Assembly (NCBI GenBank): GCA_964016885.1
Contig: OZ024743.1
Location: 29,698,001-29,762,000 of the forward strand
DNA length: 64,000 nt
Direction of reading: 5' to 3'
Source: Eledone cirrhosa
Lineage: Eukaryota
Both the position numbers and the translations under genes were made by a program. Positions within the stretch are counted from its first letter, which is position 1. Every line of letters starts with the position of its first letter. Shown here one piece after another: positions 29,411-44,146 of the stretch. Below the pieces are notes generated by a model, which had not been told where the DNA came from, made no database searches, and was given only the letters and a program-made list of their open reading frames with translations.

Positions 29411-31879
29411 GCAAAACTACAGGCGAACTATAAAATAGAATATTGCCATAATGTCAATCCAAACCCCACAGACGTTGTAAAATGTCGGCCGTACAGCAAT
29501 ACACTGAAACTGGAAAAATACTTGGCGGTAACTGGGTGGAAATGTAATTATCACAATATGTATAAGAGAGGCAAGGATATAATACTTGAACAGCAGCAAA
29601 TCATGCTACACAAAACACTGTATACAAAAATGAACATTTTACTTTTAACCATCCCGCACTAAGAAACATCAGACAATGTATTACGTGCAGCAAAATGATG
29701 AAGAATATATTTAAAGATATGTTTTCCAAAGTCAGTTGCAATTAGAAGTTGAAAATGTTTTGCACAATTCGGTATGGCTTGTGACCATGCAGAGCAGAGC
29801 AATATATATCCTGGTACAGAGTAACAAATAATTATTTGCACTAATATATATATAGGGAATACATTTTTATAGAGAAATAATCTATATGCAACAAAATGTA
29901 GGTGGCGAATTGGCAGAGTGCTTAAATCAAAAGATAAAATGGCTTCTAATACTTCGACGGGCTCTGATTTCAAATCCTACTATTGTGAAAGTTGCATATT
30001 CCAGCAATTCTTCTGTGCAGTTATCACCATTTCTTTTATTCGTATCTCAAATTATTATATAATTATATACACGTTTTACATCGTTTACTATGGATTATTA
30101 TCTTTTCTAAAGTCTATTTGCGATGTGATATTTTCCTCCTGGTGCTGCGAGAAGTAAAATCATATGTACGAAATCTACATCAAATATATAATATAAACAA
30201 ATTTAATCAAGAGGATGTGAAACGAAACGCAATTGAAAAACGTTCACGCGTAATGATACATAGCGGGAGAATTCTATTGAGATATTAGTTGGTATGATAG
30301 CTATTAGAGCAATATATCTCCAAAACAGATACAAAAACGCAAAGAAAAAAATATTTTGTCTGCGTTTCTAAAATGTTAGTTAATAATAGATGACACATTA
30401 TTTTGCAAAATAATAGAACGTGTCTCACAGCGGACGATTGGATGCAGTATTTCTTTTGTGTACGGGTGCTATGATGATATGTGACTTATGTTGCCTGGAA
30501 GCAGATAAAGAATGAGAATGTGACAAGCAGAATTCTGAAAAGTGATTCATTTCGGGTTTTTTATATTAATGTTTGTTTAGTACTTATTTTCATTAGATAT
30601 CCATTTCAGATTCATTTTGTTAGGCTTAGAATGTCTCTCATTCTATAATTTCTATGCATCATTTTCTTTGAAATAGTTTCCGCAAGCTTTACTTCCTTTG
30701 TGAAATATTTTCAGGTTGAAGTTAACTAGGTATCAATATTGCTAGAAGTGAAATATCTTATATTCATAATATAGTTTCAATTTTCTACGTGTTTGATGCG
30801 CTGTGCTATCATTATGGTCACATCCTGGATTAATTTATAGGATTGCGATCCGAAAGCTGATTCAAATTTGAATGTGGTCTAGTTACTCAAGTTCTGTGTC
30901 AAATGTATTCAGACTTGTAAGTATTTTCACAAAACGTTCAATTCTCTTTCATGTCTTAACAAATTCCAGGTAAATTTAGTAGGGGCTGATATTGCTTGCA
31001 TTCCCTATCGGTGTTTTCACGAACTGTCAAATTTGCCCTATTGTGAGCTCTTTCTGGTGGTTGCCGTTCAGCGAAACTTTCTGTCATAACAATTGCAGGG
31101 GGTACAAGGGGTATGGTCTGCATGCGAAATTAGAATTAATGCTATATTGACAGGCGTAGCTTACACTAATCTTATGAGAGTTGTACACCTTATGGTATAT
31201 GTGTTTCTGTAGGAATTCACAAATGAATGAAAGAAGGTATCTAGCTATATATATATGGAGACACTTAATTTACATGCAGGTTCAAACAAGATTCGCATAA
31301 AAAATCTCGGGTTTGGGGAAATCTACCAGCAATATCAAACTTTCACTACTTTTACGGAATCCATCCCTAGTATGTGCGTATATGTGTGTGAATGCGAAAT
31401 GCTTGCGATGAAAACGACACCAATAGGGTATAATGCAGATATATGTTAATTTAACGCTTAACATAGCAGAAGAACCACCTGTTTACAATGTTAGTCCTTT
31501 ATTGGGAGATAGAATGAGATCTTAGAAGAAATAAAACGATAAACAAGAATACGAAGAGGAAAGGAACGGGAAAATCAATTTAAAGATGGAAAGCCCACAT
31601 ATAACCAGTCAGAAGGCACACACACGCACACACATACATACACGCATGACCACACCCCCACACACATACACACACACGCACGCACACACAAACACACACA
31701 CACACACACATAAAGGATTTGCTTTGAGAAGCAAATATATCATACATAATTGATATATTTTGATACCTTAAATTTGTATATATGATCTCCACATCCCTTA
31801 TTTGTCGATCTACTAAGACTACAATTTGTGCACCTCTTTCTAGCGGAAATAACGTCCAGTTTTGTTTGATATATATATA

Positions 31880-32420
31880 TACCCGTTGAATTTAATAAAT
31901 ACTCCCGTAAGGGTGAGTAAAACTTTAGGCAGTATTCGGCTGCGCTTTCTAGCAACCAGCCTACTCGCCGACAAGCACCAATCACAAACTTTCTTCATTC
32001 GCCGACGGCCACGTGATGGTTCTTAGCCATTTTGAATTCATTTCTGGCGGGGATCATGGTAGAAGAATCTTAGTCCAGTCTGGGGTATCTCCTGATGTGT
32101 TCCGAGCCTCGTGGATTTATCGAAAAATGGATATATCAAAAAAGTGGAACGAGACCACCGGTTGGTAGAGACGATGAAAGTTTCAGTAAAATTTATGTAC
32201 ATTTTTTCTTCTAACTTCAATCTTGTACCTAATTCCGTGTAGTTAACTATTTGTCTAGTCAATTTCTACGGGCTAGGAGAAGTACTAGGTAAATGTCATA
32301 TAGTTGTTCATCGCGGAAAGGAATCTGTATCATGTGCCTATTATTTCTTCATAAGTTCATTTTAAACTTATAGCCTCGTTTAAATAATTTTTTGTGTGGT
32401 TAATTTATACTGATTGGGAG
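31880..32420 (-). pseudogene. Possible PLE GIY-YIG C-terminal relic of another subtype
   Basis: RQIVNYTELGTRL...TFLIYPFF resembles a PLE EN C-terminus; ends at (TA)n; only a broken HHR-like motif at about 31935-31972. Confidence 0.35.
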
Positions 32421-32523
32421 AGGAAATACTGTCTATATTTTATCTAATGATTCTTTGAACTTACATTTTTATAATAGAATAATATAGTTTTATAACTATA
32501 GTTTCCATTTATTTAATATCATT

Positions 32524-32577
<54 letters not shown>

Positions 32578-32579
<2 letters not shown>

Positions 32580-32722
32580 AACGAGTAGGACCCCGACGGC
32601 TGAGCTCAAGCCGTTTCGACGGCTAATTCTGGACGAAACAGCGGTCGGGGTCCGACTCGTTCCTATTACCCACTCTACTACCCTAAGTATTGAGTACTTT
32701 GGTACTTACCACATTTCCTTCG

Positions 32723-32724
<2 letters not shown>
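32578..32724 (+). mobile_element. Family X HHR mini-element, folded back
   Basis: Family X sequence between (TA)n tracts. Confidence 0.8.
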
Positions 32725-32797
<73 letters not shown>

Positions 32798-32810
32798 ATA
32801 TATATGTGCG

Positions 32811-32843
<33 letters not shown>

Positions 32844-32853
32844 ATATAATTAT

Positions 32854-32893
<40 letters not shown>

Positions 32894-33529
32894 TACATTT
32901 ACAAACGAAGAGGCGGTGTGAAAGAAGGTGAGTGATACATATGTAAGTCTGTGTGTGTATGAATGCATATAAACATATATTGATATGTTGAGATGGACAA
33001 TCTGTGCGTACGTGTGTGTTTTTGAGAAAATACACAAATTTAATCTTTAACATTACATTAATAAATATTCCATTTTCTATTTTACTTTGTCATCTGTTAT
33101 CTACTAAGAAATGGTTTCGTTTATATTGGTCAAAGAATACCTATTTCGGCAATATTGCATTTTTATTTCTGAAATAAATAGCAAAACAACAGTGATGCCT
33201 AAGAAGGGAAAAATCACCCCAACCCCCAAACAAATGGAACAAAAAAAGAAAATTCGATATGGGTGATATTACAACATGCAGAAAGCAAATAGGAAATTAC
33301 ATATCGAAGAGATTTGATAACAAACAGATAAACAATGTCTTGCACCAAATATGTACATATATGTTGAAATATATTCCTGCATGAGATAAACCTTTAACAT
33401 TCTGAGAAATTGATTACTGTAATCCGTTATATTTTATATATAACAGATCATGTATTCTATATGAAAATAACGCTGATGTTAAAAACAACGACAAAATAAA
33501 AACCAATAACAACAACATTAATAATAATA

Positions 33530-33748
33530 ATGGTTTCATATTTAGGCACAAGGCCAGCAATTGTGAGGGAGGGGAATGTCCATTAAATCGACACCAGTGC
33601 GTTACTGGTTCTTTATTTTATCGACCCCGTAAGGATGAAAAGCAAAGTTAACCTCGGCTGGATTTGAACTCAGAACGTAAAAGGTCGGACATCTATGCTG
33701 CAAAGCATAGTGTCCGACGCTCTACCGATAGTGCCAATCCAGTGCCCT
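33530..33748 (-). mobile_element. SINE family 1, longer variant
   Basis: Reverse-complement match with an extra internal segment, as at 61357. Confidence 0.85.
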
Positions 33749-34039
33749 GATTAAATTAAAATATGTGTATTTAGTGAAACAGATGGGGAGACAAAGAGTG
33801 ACGAATGTGTAAAGCGAGCGAAAACGTTTGTTCCGTTACCATTGTTATACATATATCTCCGTGAATGTCAAATATGATTATATACATAATATATAATTTG
33901 TTAAAATGCCTGACTTAGAGGTTAGAGTAAATGGGCTCACAAATCAATTGTTCCATTTCACTCAACTGGAAAAATGAGTTTCAACATCATTGGTGCCGAG
34001 CTGTATATATATATATATATTTCGTTGACAAATATATCA

Positions 34040-35805
34040 ATATGCTCTGACATGCAGATATATAGCCCTTGGTATGACAGTGTGGATTTAGCTCAATGTA
34101 GGATAGCTAGTATACTACAGAGCCGTTAAAGTTATAGGAATAACCAAAAGGTACTTAGAAATACATTGTTTTATTAGCTAACAGTGTTTCATCCATACAC
34201 TATGGCAGGAATAATCAGAGCCTATAAACATGAGAAAATCAGTAGTTGCATGCTCCATCAAGCTGCGTCTACAGAACAAGGTTAAAGAACCAGCAGGGGG
34301 GCCCCGAAGCCAGCGCTATAATGTCGTAAAATGTCTTAAAAATTAGAAAAATTAAAAATTAAAAATTACACCAAAAATGTATCACTTAAATGGTGCAATA
34401 GATGATAAAGAGTATGGGAGAGGGTAGCAAGGGAAGAGTGAGGGTATTACTCAGCATGAGCAGAAACAATAAGGAAATAATTAAAAAAATAATAAAAAAG
34501 TGCAAAAATACAGGGATAATAAAAGAGATAAATATAAACATACAAAACAATAAAGGAACAAAAAGCTCGGAAACCCCAAATAAATATAAGACAAAGCAAA
34601 TCATAGATGCATCAAAGCACAAGCAGTGCAAAAAGAGGGTGTACAGGCAGATCAAGAGAGTTTGCAAGCATGAATCTGTGAAAAGAATAGTTGGTTAGCA
34701 GTGGTGTAGCCTTACATGTATGATAGTCCATATGAGGGATGGTGTACTCCAAATATATCGCCTTGTAACAGGTCGATTCTCCTTATCATATCAGCGCCCT
34801 ACTAACCACATCGATATGTTCCAGTTCCGAACGTTAAGTGAGATAACACTATTTTTCCAAAACCTATACCCAGGGGATTTATCACCATAGGCGGTCTGGG
34901 ATATACACCCACAATCTAAAATAAAAAATGAAAGAAAGTACGACGAGTTAAAGAAATGTATGGTACATATACAGCCGGCACAGATGTGAGGAAATTGAAA
35001 ACACCCCAGGTCCGCAGAAACTGACATTCCCCAAACTCCTCACGTTCGGTCACTCAATCCAACGTGCCAGGTGAAATTCACTGTATGTCCAAGTGTGGCG
35101 TTCAACCAATGTACCGCACCGCATACAACTGTACCACAGTAAATACAAATCGTGATGGCTATCCCGTTACATATAGAGAAAAAAAGTGTATATAGACAAC
35201 TCCGCTTCCAGAATCACATATGGCAAAATGAGAATATATTGTTATAATAATAGCCGGGTTTATTATAGTGAGTGCACATTTTTGTAGGGTATATAGATAT
35301 ATATAGAAGGGAAAACTCACAACCAAACCTGTCAATGACAGCTATTTTATTTATATTTCCGCCACGTGGTTTTCGTTTAGATTATTGACTCCGGAGGCTG
35401 CACTCCATTCACACTCGGGTGTGACCCCTTCTGGGTCGGCGGGAGTTCAATATCCAGTGCTGCACTTTGCCTTGAGTGTGGTTCTATAATTCATCAAAGC
35501 TGGATCACAATTCATATTCAACTAACTCCAACCTTCAAAGATTAGTCTCTCGCTCGTAACACACAACGGTAGTCTGAATATAAACACAGGAAGTCGTAGT
35601 GTACGTATGAAGGATATGGGAGGCAATCCGCGTCATAAAGGGTGGATTCATTAGATATCCAACGGGATGCTACGGGCGAGTCTTTTGTTTGATTCGAAGC
35701 CCTCGGCGATCAACCTCCCCTTCCGCCTGGGGCTAGGTCGATTCAGCAGCGCCCAGCCCACACGATTTGCTACCATAGTTCCCTATACTAGGTTAGATCT
35801 ATTAA
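34040..35805 (-). mobile_element. Non-coding PLE-derived element with a decayed 3' hammerhead
   Basis: Minus 34175-34224: gct-CTGATTA-ttcctg-ccata-gtg-tatgg-at-GAAAC-act-GTT-agc, then AATAAA. Shares a 3' hairpin with 46459 and a 5' motif with 1105. Confidence 0.5.
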
Positions 35806-35842
35806 CCCCCCCCCCCCCCATATATATATATATATATATATA

Positions 35843-37300
35843 CTAGCAGCTGAGCCCGATTGCACCCGGGGCCACTATTTATTAAGTTAATAATTAAAAA
35901 AATATTATTGAAAGTTTATTATAAAAAATAGAAATATGCACTTGGGGCTGGACGGCGTACAATGAGTTGTTTATTAACAGCGAAATAGCAATGTCGAGGA
36001 TATGTAAGTTTAAAAATTCATATTATGAAGGTTTGTATGATAGTTTACACTTTGATTGCCCTGGTCAGCAAGAGGGGCTTCTATATATTAGATGTTTATT
36101 AGAAGAGGGGGAAATAACTAGCCCCATTAGTAGAACAGGGGGTTCGCAATGTAAGGGTTTTATTTCTTTTGTTAGAAAACACTTACCTTTTTCGGTTTGG
36201 CATTTCGTAAAATTCTACTGCAGAATCGATTTCATAAAACAGTACTGTATGATCGTTAGGGAATTATTTAAATTTAATATAGAACAATTGTATTTAAAAA
36301 TGAAAATGAAACGTACTGTAGTAGCCAAAAGTTTATTAACAGCGAAATAACGTTGACTTTGATATGTTATTTTAAATAAGACAATGAATTGAAAAATACT
36401 ACTTACTGTTAGTGGTGGTTAACATGTATTAGAAATAAAATGAAAATGATATCTGAAAAAACGTACTTGAGAACATGACTCCCTTCTTCGCAATTTAAGG
36501 GTTGTATATCTTTTGATGGAAAACAGTGATCGTTTTCGGTTTGGCATTTCGTAAAATGTTACTGCAGAATTGATTTCATAAAACGGTACTGTATGTTAAC
36601 TGCGAAAGAACGCTGCGAAAGAAGGCAGCGAAAGAAATTGATGAGTTTAAACATTTGTATGAAATTGTAATTAAGACAATGAATATTGAAAGTAGTAGAA
36701 AAGGAGGAAATAACTCAATTAGACGTTTATTAGAAGAGGGGGAAATAACTAACCACAGTATTAGAACAAATTTAATATACAGCAACATATACATTAAATA
36801 CAAATTTAATATATAGCAACTCTAATCGAAAAATGAAAATGAAATGTACTGCATTTTCAAACTTGCATATCATCGACATTGCTATTTCGCTGTTAATAAA
36901 CAACGCTTTTCACGTCGCTCCACTTCTCATTGTACGCCGTCCAGCCCCAAGTGCATATTTTTATTTTTTTTCCTGAAACTGCTTCTTTATAATAAAGTTT
37001 AAATAATATTTTTCAAATTATTGGTACAGTATGTTAACAGCGAAAGAACGTTGATGAGTTTAAAAATGTGTATGAAATTGTAAATAAGACAAAAGTATTA
37101 GAACGGGGGGAAATAACTCACAGAACCCGATAGTTTTGGACCACCTTTTTAAGTTAGAGATTTGAAACATCGTCTATTTATTTACTTGGTACTTTTTACA
37201 TAGGTGTGTAAATTTTCATGTCAGTCCAACCACGTCTACTACCATTTAACCGTGCACATCTGAATTTCAACCACCGCCCATTTCACAAATATATATTAGA
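35843..37300 (-). mobile_element. Non-autonomous Helitron
   Basis: Minus strand 5' TCTAATATATATTTG; 3' gcccgggtgcaatcgggc hairpin then CTAG; internal direct and inverted repeats. Confidence 0.7.
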
Positions 37301-37327
37301 TATATATATATATATATATGTATATAG

Positions 37328-37522
37328 AGGAAAAAGTTTGACCCCGACGGCCGGCAGAGCTCGAGCCGTTTTGACAGCTACTTCTGGACTGAAATAGCCG
37401 TCGAAACGGCTTGAGCTCTGCCGCTGGGTTCACACTTTTTCCTATTACCCACTCTACTACCCTAAGTATTGAGTACTCTGGTGCATTATGGTCCATCTGG
37501 TTCCTTACCACTCTTCATTCGT
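37328..37522 (+). mobile_element. Family X HHR mini-element, folded back
   Basis: Family X sequence with inversion centred near 37390. Confidence 0.8.
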
Positions 37523-37653
37523 TACACATATATACGTATATATAAGGCAAAGGTATATCTATGTATATATATATATATATATATATGTGTACATAGATAT
37601 ATCTTTACCTTTCCTACGGAAATACTTAACACACACACAGACACACGCCCCCC

Positions 37654-37701
<48 letters not shown>

Positions 37702-37934
37702 ATAATAATAAATTTGAAGACTAAAATCCAAAGAGGGCTCGATAAGGATAAATATATATCAAATATATAAGAACCGTAGAGCAAATATTTATTAAAATAA
37801 CATTTATTTATATACGTTTATATAATTATTTATTTATTTGTATACACGCATACATACACACACATATTTATATGTGCGTGGTTTTGTATACCTATGGTAA
37901 GTGTTTTGCGTATGCTTGTGTATGTACGTATTTG

Positions 37935-38455
37935 TTTGCGTGTATGTATTTATTTATTTCTATTACTTCTGTATTGTATTTATTTACTTTGTTCTTAACT
38001 CTGTAGCGGAAATTCATTCGGTCTCCTAGTTAGAATTTTAGTCTACGACTTCTGGTATACCATTTACGTGGTTTTGTCTTTGCGTGCTATTGTTATCTAC
38101 GCTCCACATATGACGTATTATCTTCGTTTTTTTTCGTTCATTGCCAGAAAACGTCTCTATGAACCACCTAAGAGAACATTAGTCTACGACCTCTTTTATA
38201 CCATAAATGTGGTTCTGTCTTTGCGCGTTTCTGTTTTTCACCGCTCCTATTCATGACGTATTATATTCGTTTTCTCCCATTCTGTGCCAGCCAACGTTTC
38301 CATGAACCAAAGTATCGTCTTCCTGTCTTCCTCCGGTTGCAACGTTTTTTGAAATATCCACTTCTGCGTTTACAGATTGACTTTGTTAGTTTCAGAAGAT
38401 CCCGTTAAGGGTGAAAGCAGTGTTTCTTTGCTTAAACTTTAATCTGTTATTTTAA

Positions 38456-38459
<4 letters not shown>
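37935..38459 (+). repeat. Dispersed repeat family R
   Basis: Match to 14480-14995; an inverted copy of its tail sits upstream at 37698-37800. Confidence 0.75.
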
Positions 38460-38514
<55 letters not shown>

Positions 38515-38517
<3 letters not shown>

Positions 38518-38850
38518 AAGCGTGAATCAAGCCCAAATGAAGAACCCAGATGCCCGCTGCAGCATGCATGTAATATAAAGTCGATTGTATATGAAGCAGA
38601 AATAATTTCTGCGAATACGAACCGCGCAGTGGAAAGGAAAAGATACGTGGGTTTGAATAAATTTAATTATATAAACCATAATATATAATGGAGTATACTG
38701 GTAAAACCCAACCATACATAAGCGGGCAGAAGGGTGTGCAGGCTTTGTACCACATAAGAAACCGGAATATAATATTTTGAAATGAGATAAAGCATATCTC
38801 ATCAACAAAAGTGAGATTATCACAAATTGAAGCTATTTAGTTAAAAATAA
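38515..38850 (+). pseudogene. PLE GIY-YIG fragment, internally deleted
   Basis: RCPLQHACNIKSIVYEAEI...RYVG...YLINKSEII; starts at (TA)n. Confidence 0.65.
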
Positions 38851-40217
38851 ACATACTTTTCCTGGAAACGCCATCCCCTTGATCTACAGTTGGTGCAGCT
38901 AGCTGGAGAAATATTCATGAGTAATGTTTTATAAATTCGTATCTCTTTTACAACATTCTTCACATGAACTCCATGACCATATCACTCATTCATTTTATAT
39001 GCACCGCTTTTAACTCAATACCGTTTTAATCTTATTAGACTGACATCAAATATTCAACCTCGATCAACTTAACTTTATAAACTCTGTTGCTTTTCCCATC
39101 ATACCCGGCCCATTCTTTTCTTTTCCTTCCATTCAAGGCACCTTTCACCTGATCAGTATACTTATATAAGACAAAATTATACAGATGCACACGAGGACAA
39201 AACTACTCTTTACAAAGATAGATGTCTGCCAGCACGGGTATTCGTGCATATATGGGAATATATATATATATATAAGTGTGTATTGATTATATACTAATGA
39301 TATATGTATACGTAGTAGACAAACTAACATTCAATACATTCTGTTTTTTTCCAACTATTTTACTATGGAAACACATTCATGCCAGAGTTTCCCCCTATCT
39401 ATCGCTTGTCGGGTCTCCTGATATTTTCATTTTTTCTCATACCTTCCAATGAGGCATTTTGCAAAATCTCTTTCGTCTATTTATATGGTTATTCTCCTAA
39501 ATATAAGACAAAAGATAATAGCCTGTAGTTTCATATATATATATTCTTTGATCATTAAACGATTATTTGCAAACGGAATATCGCGTGATGCTATAATAAT
39601 TATTAAATATAAGCACTGTTTGTATATACATATATAACGCTTTTTCTTTATGATGATGTTCTCTTTACGCACGTACATACACACAAACACAGAGGCACGA
39701 ACACACGCACAGAAACACACACACACACATCAATATATATATATACACACACACACATGTGCGTGTGCGCGCGTGTGTGTATGTGTGTGTATGTGTGTGT
39801 GTGTGTTGCTCTGGTTTTGTATTCTGCTCGATTCTTGGAGGAAAAGAAAGATTTTCTTTGTGTGTGGTATACTGCTAATAATAGCACCAGTTGAATTTTA
39901 TTTCGGTTTTTAGCTATCATTGCGTGATTAATCGATCGAGCAGTTGGTTAATCAACCTATAGGCTATATATCTAATTCTGAATGCTCTTTGCAATCTTTA
40001 TTTGCCCTCTGTGTTTCCTGTCCATATAGACTTTACTTCCAACCAAGTTCACATTTTTATCTTTGCCTGTAGCATGTGTGTGAGTGTGTGTATGTATATA
40101 TGTGTGTGGTATGCACATGCATTGGTGCACGTATCTGCACATGGACCTGTATTTTGTCTTCTCTATTGCTCTTTTGTGTTATTGGTGTTATTAGTATGCT
40201 TATGAATTGGCATCATA

Positions 40218-40360
40218 AGGTGGATTGGCTGTATCCGTAGAGGATCGGACACCATACTTTGCAGCATAGAGTTAGGGCCCCTTATCATCTGAGTTCAAAT
40301 CCCCCCGACGTTAACATTACTTCTCATCCTTACGAGGTCGATAAAAGTAGAAACAATTAT
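40218..40360 (+). mobile_element. SINE family 1, internally deleted
   Basis: Head and tail match. Confidence 0.8.
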
Positions 40361-40418
40361 TAGTATGAATGTATATATAGTGTATTGCAAAATACATTGA
40401 ATGCTTAATTAAAAGCAT

Positions 40419-40817
40419 TTTGAAGACCATACGCTATTGTTTTAAAGTAGCGACATTGTTGCTTACTTACATTTTCGGCAGAGAGGGGGGATAAGTTGAC
40501 AGCGCTGTTAAGTACTTGTTGGTACTCATCAAAAGTCACTACTCTCCCCGTCCGCCGAAAGTTATGTGTGTTGGATTCCTTTATAATTCCAGTAACAATC
40601 AGGAACTGATTTTACAGAGCGGTCGCCGGCCCAGCAGAATTTGAAAATTAGAATTGGTGCTCTGAAATAGCGATATATATATGAGTGTATATATAGTGAG
40701 TTTTGATAAGTACCAAAAAGTACGAAACAGCGCTGTCAACTTATCTCCTCCTGTCTGCCGAAAATTTAAGTAAGCGACAATGTCGCTACTTTAAAACAAT
40801 AGCGTATGGTCTTCAAA
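40419..40817. mobile_element. Fold-back HHR element (family D)
   Basis: ~124-bp inverted arms (40419-40542 vs 40694-40817). Confidence 0.75.
40699..40741 (+). ncRNA. Hammerhead ribozyme, U3-A8 variant
   Basis: agtt-TTGATAA-gtac-caaaaa-gtac-GAAAC-AGCGCT-GTC-aact. Confidence 0.8.
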
Positions 40818-41365
40818 TTGCAAATATTTAGGCTTACAATGTATTTTGCAAGATACACTATATATATATTCATATATATATCGCTATTTCAGAGTAACAA
40901 TTCTAATTATTAGTATGCTTATTGTGCCTTCGATTTTCATTATTTTTATTATTGTCATATTGGGTGTGTTTTATTTGAATTATTCTTATAATTTTCCTTA
41001 TCTGGTCGTGGGTGTTATTATGGATGTTGACCATCCGATCTAAGTGGATGGTTCCCTATTCCCCACCTGGTGGGAGAAAATCTCTCAAGTTGATGCCTAT
41101 CTAGATAGAATGTATCAGATAAATATAACTCTTTTGTTCTGGAGATAAGGTCAATATTGTACCTTGAAACCTTGGGTAGTGCTATTGTTCCGAATAGTAA
41201 CATAAATAAATAAAATAATATTTCTGCTCAAATATTCTGAGCGGTGTTTTCCTTTTTCCTTTCTGCACCTATGCATATTGCTACACCCATTTACACACAC
41301 ACTCTCACACACACCCACTTACACACACACACATACATGCACACACACATACACATCTCTCTCTC

Positions 41366-41476
<111 letters not shown>

Positions 41477-42157
41477 AGATTTGAATGGATACAGTTTAGT
41501 TAAAAGGAATTTATTGACACGTGTTTCTATAACAGTTACATAACCTGAAAACAGCTGCTATCTACAAAGTATTAGTTATGCAGACATTCAATATTTCAAT
41601 GTTATTATCAACTGTCATTTCATCGGAATAATTTTACTGAGGACCTGTTTGGTTTTTATAGAGAATATTAGGAGGGAGGGGTGAAGTTGTTAGAAGAATA
41701 GTTGAGGGAGTGGTTTTTTTATAGCAGTGAGCATTTTTGGTGGCAGTGAGCAATTAGATTCCCATCTGTTGTTTTGACATTTTTATAGAATATACTATTG
41801 GTTATTTTTCTAAATCTATAGAAGGATTAGAGATAGTATAGATATGCGTGGTTGGTTTTGTGTTTGCACTTAATTAACATTCAGACTTAAATTTTTCTTT
41901 CAAGTGTACGTATCCTTTCGCCCACGCATTCACACACAAACATATATGCACACCTCTACAAAATACATATACTCACATTCACATGCTTACATGCTCATAC
42001 TTACATACATATACACATGCATACATATATATATACACACATATATATACATGTACATACATACGCGTTAATGTGTATAAATTTTCATACTCAACTTATC
42101 TTTATATACACACATATAGACACACACATATATACATACATACTCCAGTCTATGTGT

Positions 42158-42230
<73 letters not shown>

Positions 42231-42419
42231 CACTTTACTACATGAATACACTTACATCTAACTATACACATCAAACATATATATATATTTACTTATTTAT
42301 ATACATTTTCACATATATATACATACTTATGGTCGCTTTTAGACACATTCATTATCGCATATTTGCACCTATTCTCATCAGCATATCTTTCTATTATTAG
42401 TGTGGTAATTTAAAAACTT

Positions 42420-42960
42420 AAGTACAAAGAACACAACAAAAACAGTAGACAATACACTACAGAACATAAATAAACCACACCTAAGTTCGTCCGCAATACT
42501 ACTCCAGAGAAAACCCAACGTACACAACTGTAACTGCACCTATCCTGACAACTGCCCCCTCGGCAATAACTGCCTGGAAAAAAATATTATTTATAAGTGT
42601 ACCATTAAATCCGGAGGCAACGAGTGATATTACGTGGGATCAACGGCAACATCGTTTAAATCTCGATTATATAGGCATTCTTACTCAATAAAACACCAGA
42701 GCCAAAGAAATGTAACAACTTTAGCAGAAAAAGCTTGGACGCTCAGGGATAGCGATCAAAAGTTTACCCTAAAATGGGAGAAATTAGCTAAAACCCAAAG
42801 CTTTTCTAGGAGCCAAAATTTCTGCAAATTGTGTAATCTTGAGATTTATTACATAATCACACACAAGAGGAAATTGCTGAATAACAGAATTGAATGAACA
42901 TTATTCTGCCGTCACCGAACTAAAACCCTTTTTTCCCACTACAAGCTGAATATTACATAA
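42420..42960 (+). pseudogene. PLE GIY-YIG endonuclease with two in-frame stops
   Basis: CNCTYPDNCPL...NIIYKC...*YYVGSTATSFKSRLYRH...CKLCNLE...LLNNRIE*TLFCRH. Confidence 0.85.
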
Positions 42961-43777
42961 AAGAGGGACATCCACCCAACTATATAAACCTCAATCTAGT
43001 TAGAAAAATATAAAAACAATCTCTTCTCAACATATATATGTATATTAATAACCTTAAATTACCACACTAATAATGGAAAGATATGCTGATGAGAATAGGT
43101 GCAAATATGCGATAATGAATGTGTCTAAAAGCGACCATAAGTATGTATATATATGTGAAAATGTATATAAATAAGTAAATATATATATATGTATGATGTG
43201 TATAGTTAGATGTAAGTGTATTCATGTATTAAAGTGCTTATATATATATATATATACACACATAGACTGGAGTATGTATATATGTGTGTATCTATACGTG
43301 TGTATATAAAGATAAGTTGAGTATGAAAATGTATACACATGAACGCGTATGTATGTACATGTATATATGTGTGTATATATATATGTATGCATGTGTATAT
43401 GTATGTAAGTATGAGCATGTAAGTATGTGAATGTGAGTATATGTATTTTGTAGAGGTGTGCATATATGTTTGTGTGTGAATGCGTGGGCGAAAGGATACG
43501 TACACTTGAAAGAAAAATTTAAGTCTGAATGTTAATTAAGTGCAAACACAAAACCAACCACGCAAATCTATACTATCTCTAATCCTTCTATAGATTTAGA
43601 AAAATAACCAATAATATATTCTATAAAAATGTCAAAACAACAGATGGGAATCTAATTACTCTCTGCCACCAAAAATGCTCACTGCTATCAAAAAACCACT
43701 CCCTCAACTATTCTTCTAACAACTTCACCCCTCCCTCCTAATATTCTCTATAAAAACCAAACAGGTCCTCAGTAAAA

Positions 43778-43898
43778 TTATTCCGATGAAATGACAGTTG
43801 ATAATAACATTGAAATATTGAATGTCTGCATAACTAATACTTTGTAGATAGCAGCTGTTTTCAGGTTATTTAACTGTTATAGAAACACGTGTCAATAA
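43778..43898 (+). ncRNA. Hammerhead with ~90-nt stem II (U4C)
   Basis: ttatt-CCGATGA-a-atgacagttg...taactgttat-a-GAAAC-ACGT-GTC-aataa; mirror copy at about 41512-41631 (-). Confidence 0.8.
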
Positions 43899-44045
43899 AT
43901 TCCTTTTAACTAAACTGTATCCATTCAAATCTTTCTATATTTCTCCGGATTACTTTTGGAACTACAACTGGAACCGTCGAGCAAACTCTACGTGAGCTGT
44001 CCATCTACTGTGTGTAATATTTATATTACAACACTACGGAACATA

Positions 44046-44099
<54 letters not shown>

Positions 44100-44146
44100 A
44101 ATTTAGAAAGGTAACACACGAGTTGAAATATATAAAAACAAATACG

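Noticed and set aside
42625-42897. In-frame TGA codons as selenocysteine, as in Naiad PLEs
   Set aside because: They align to Trp (TGG) and Arg (CGA) in the intact paralogue at 48075, not Cys, so they are ordinary nonsense mutations.
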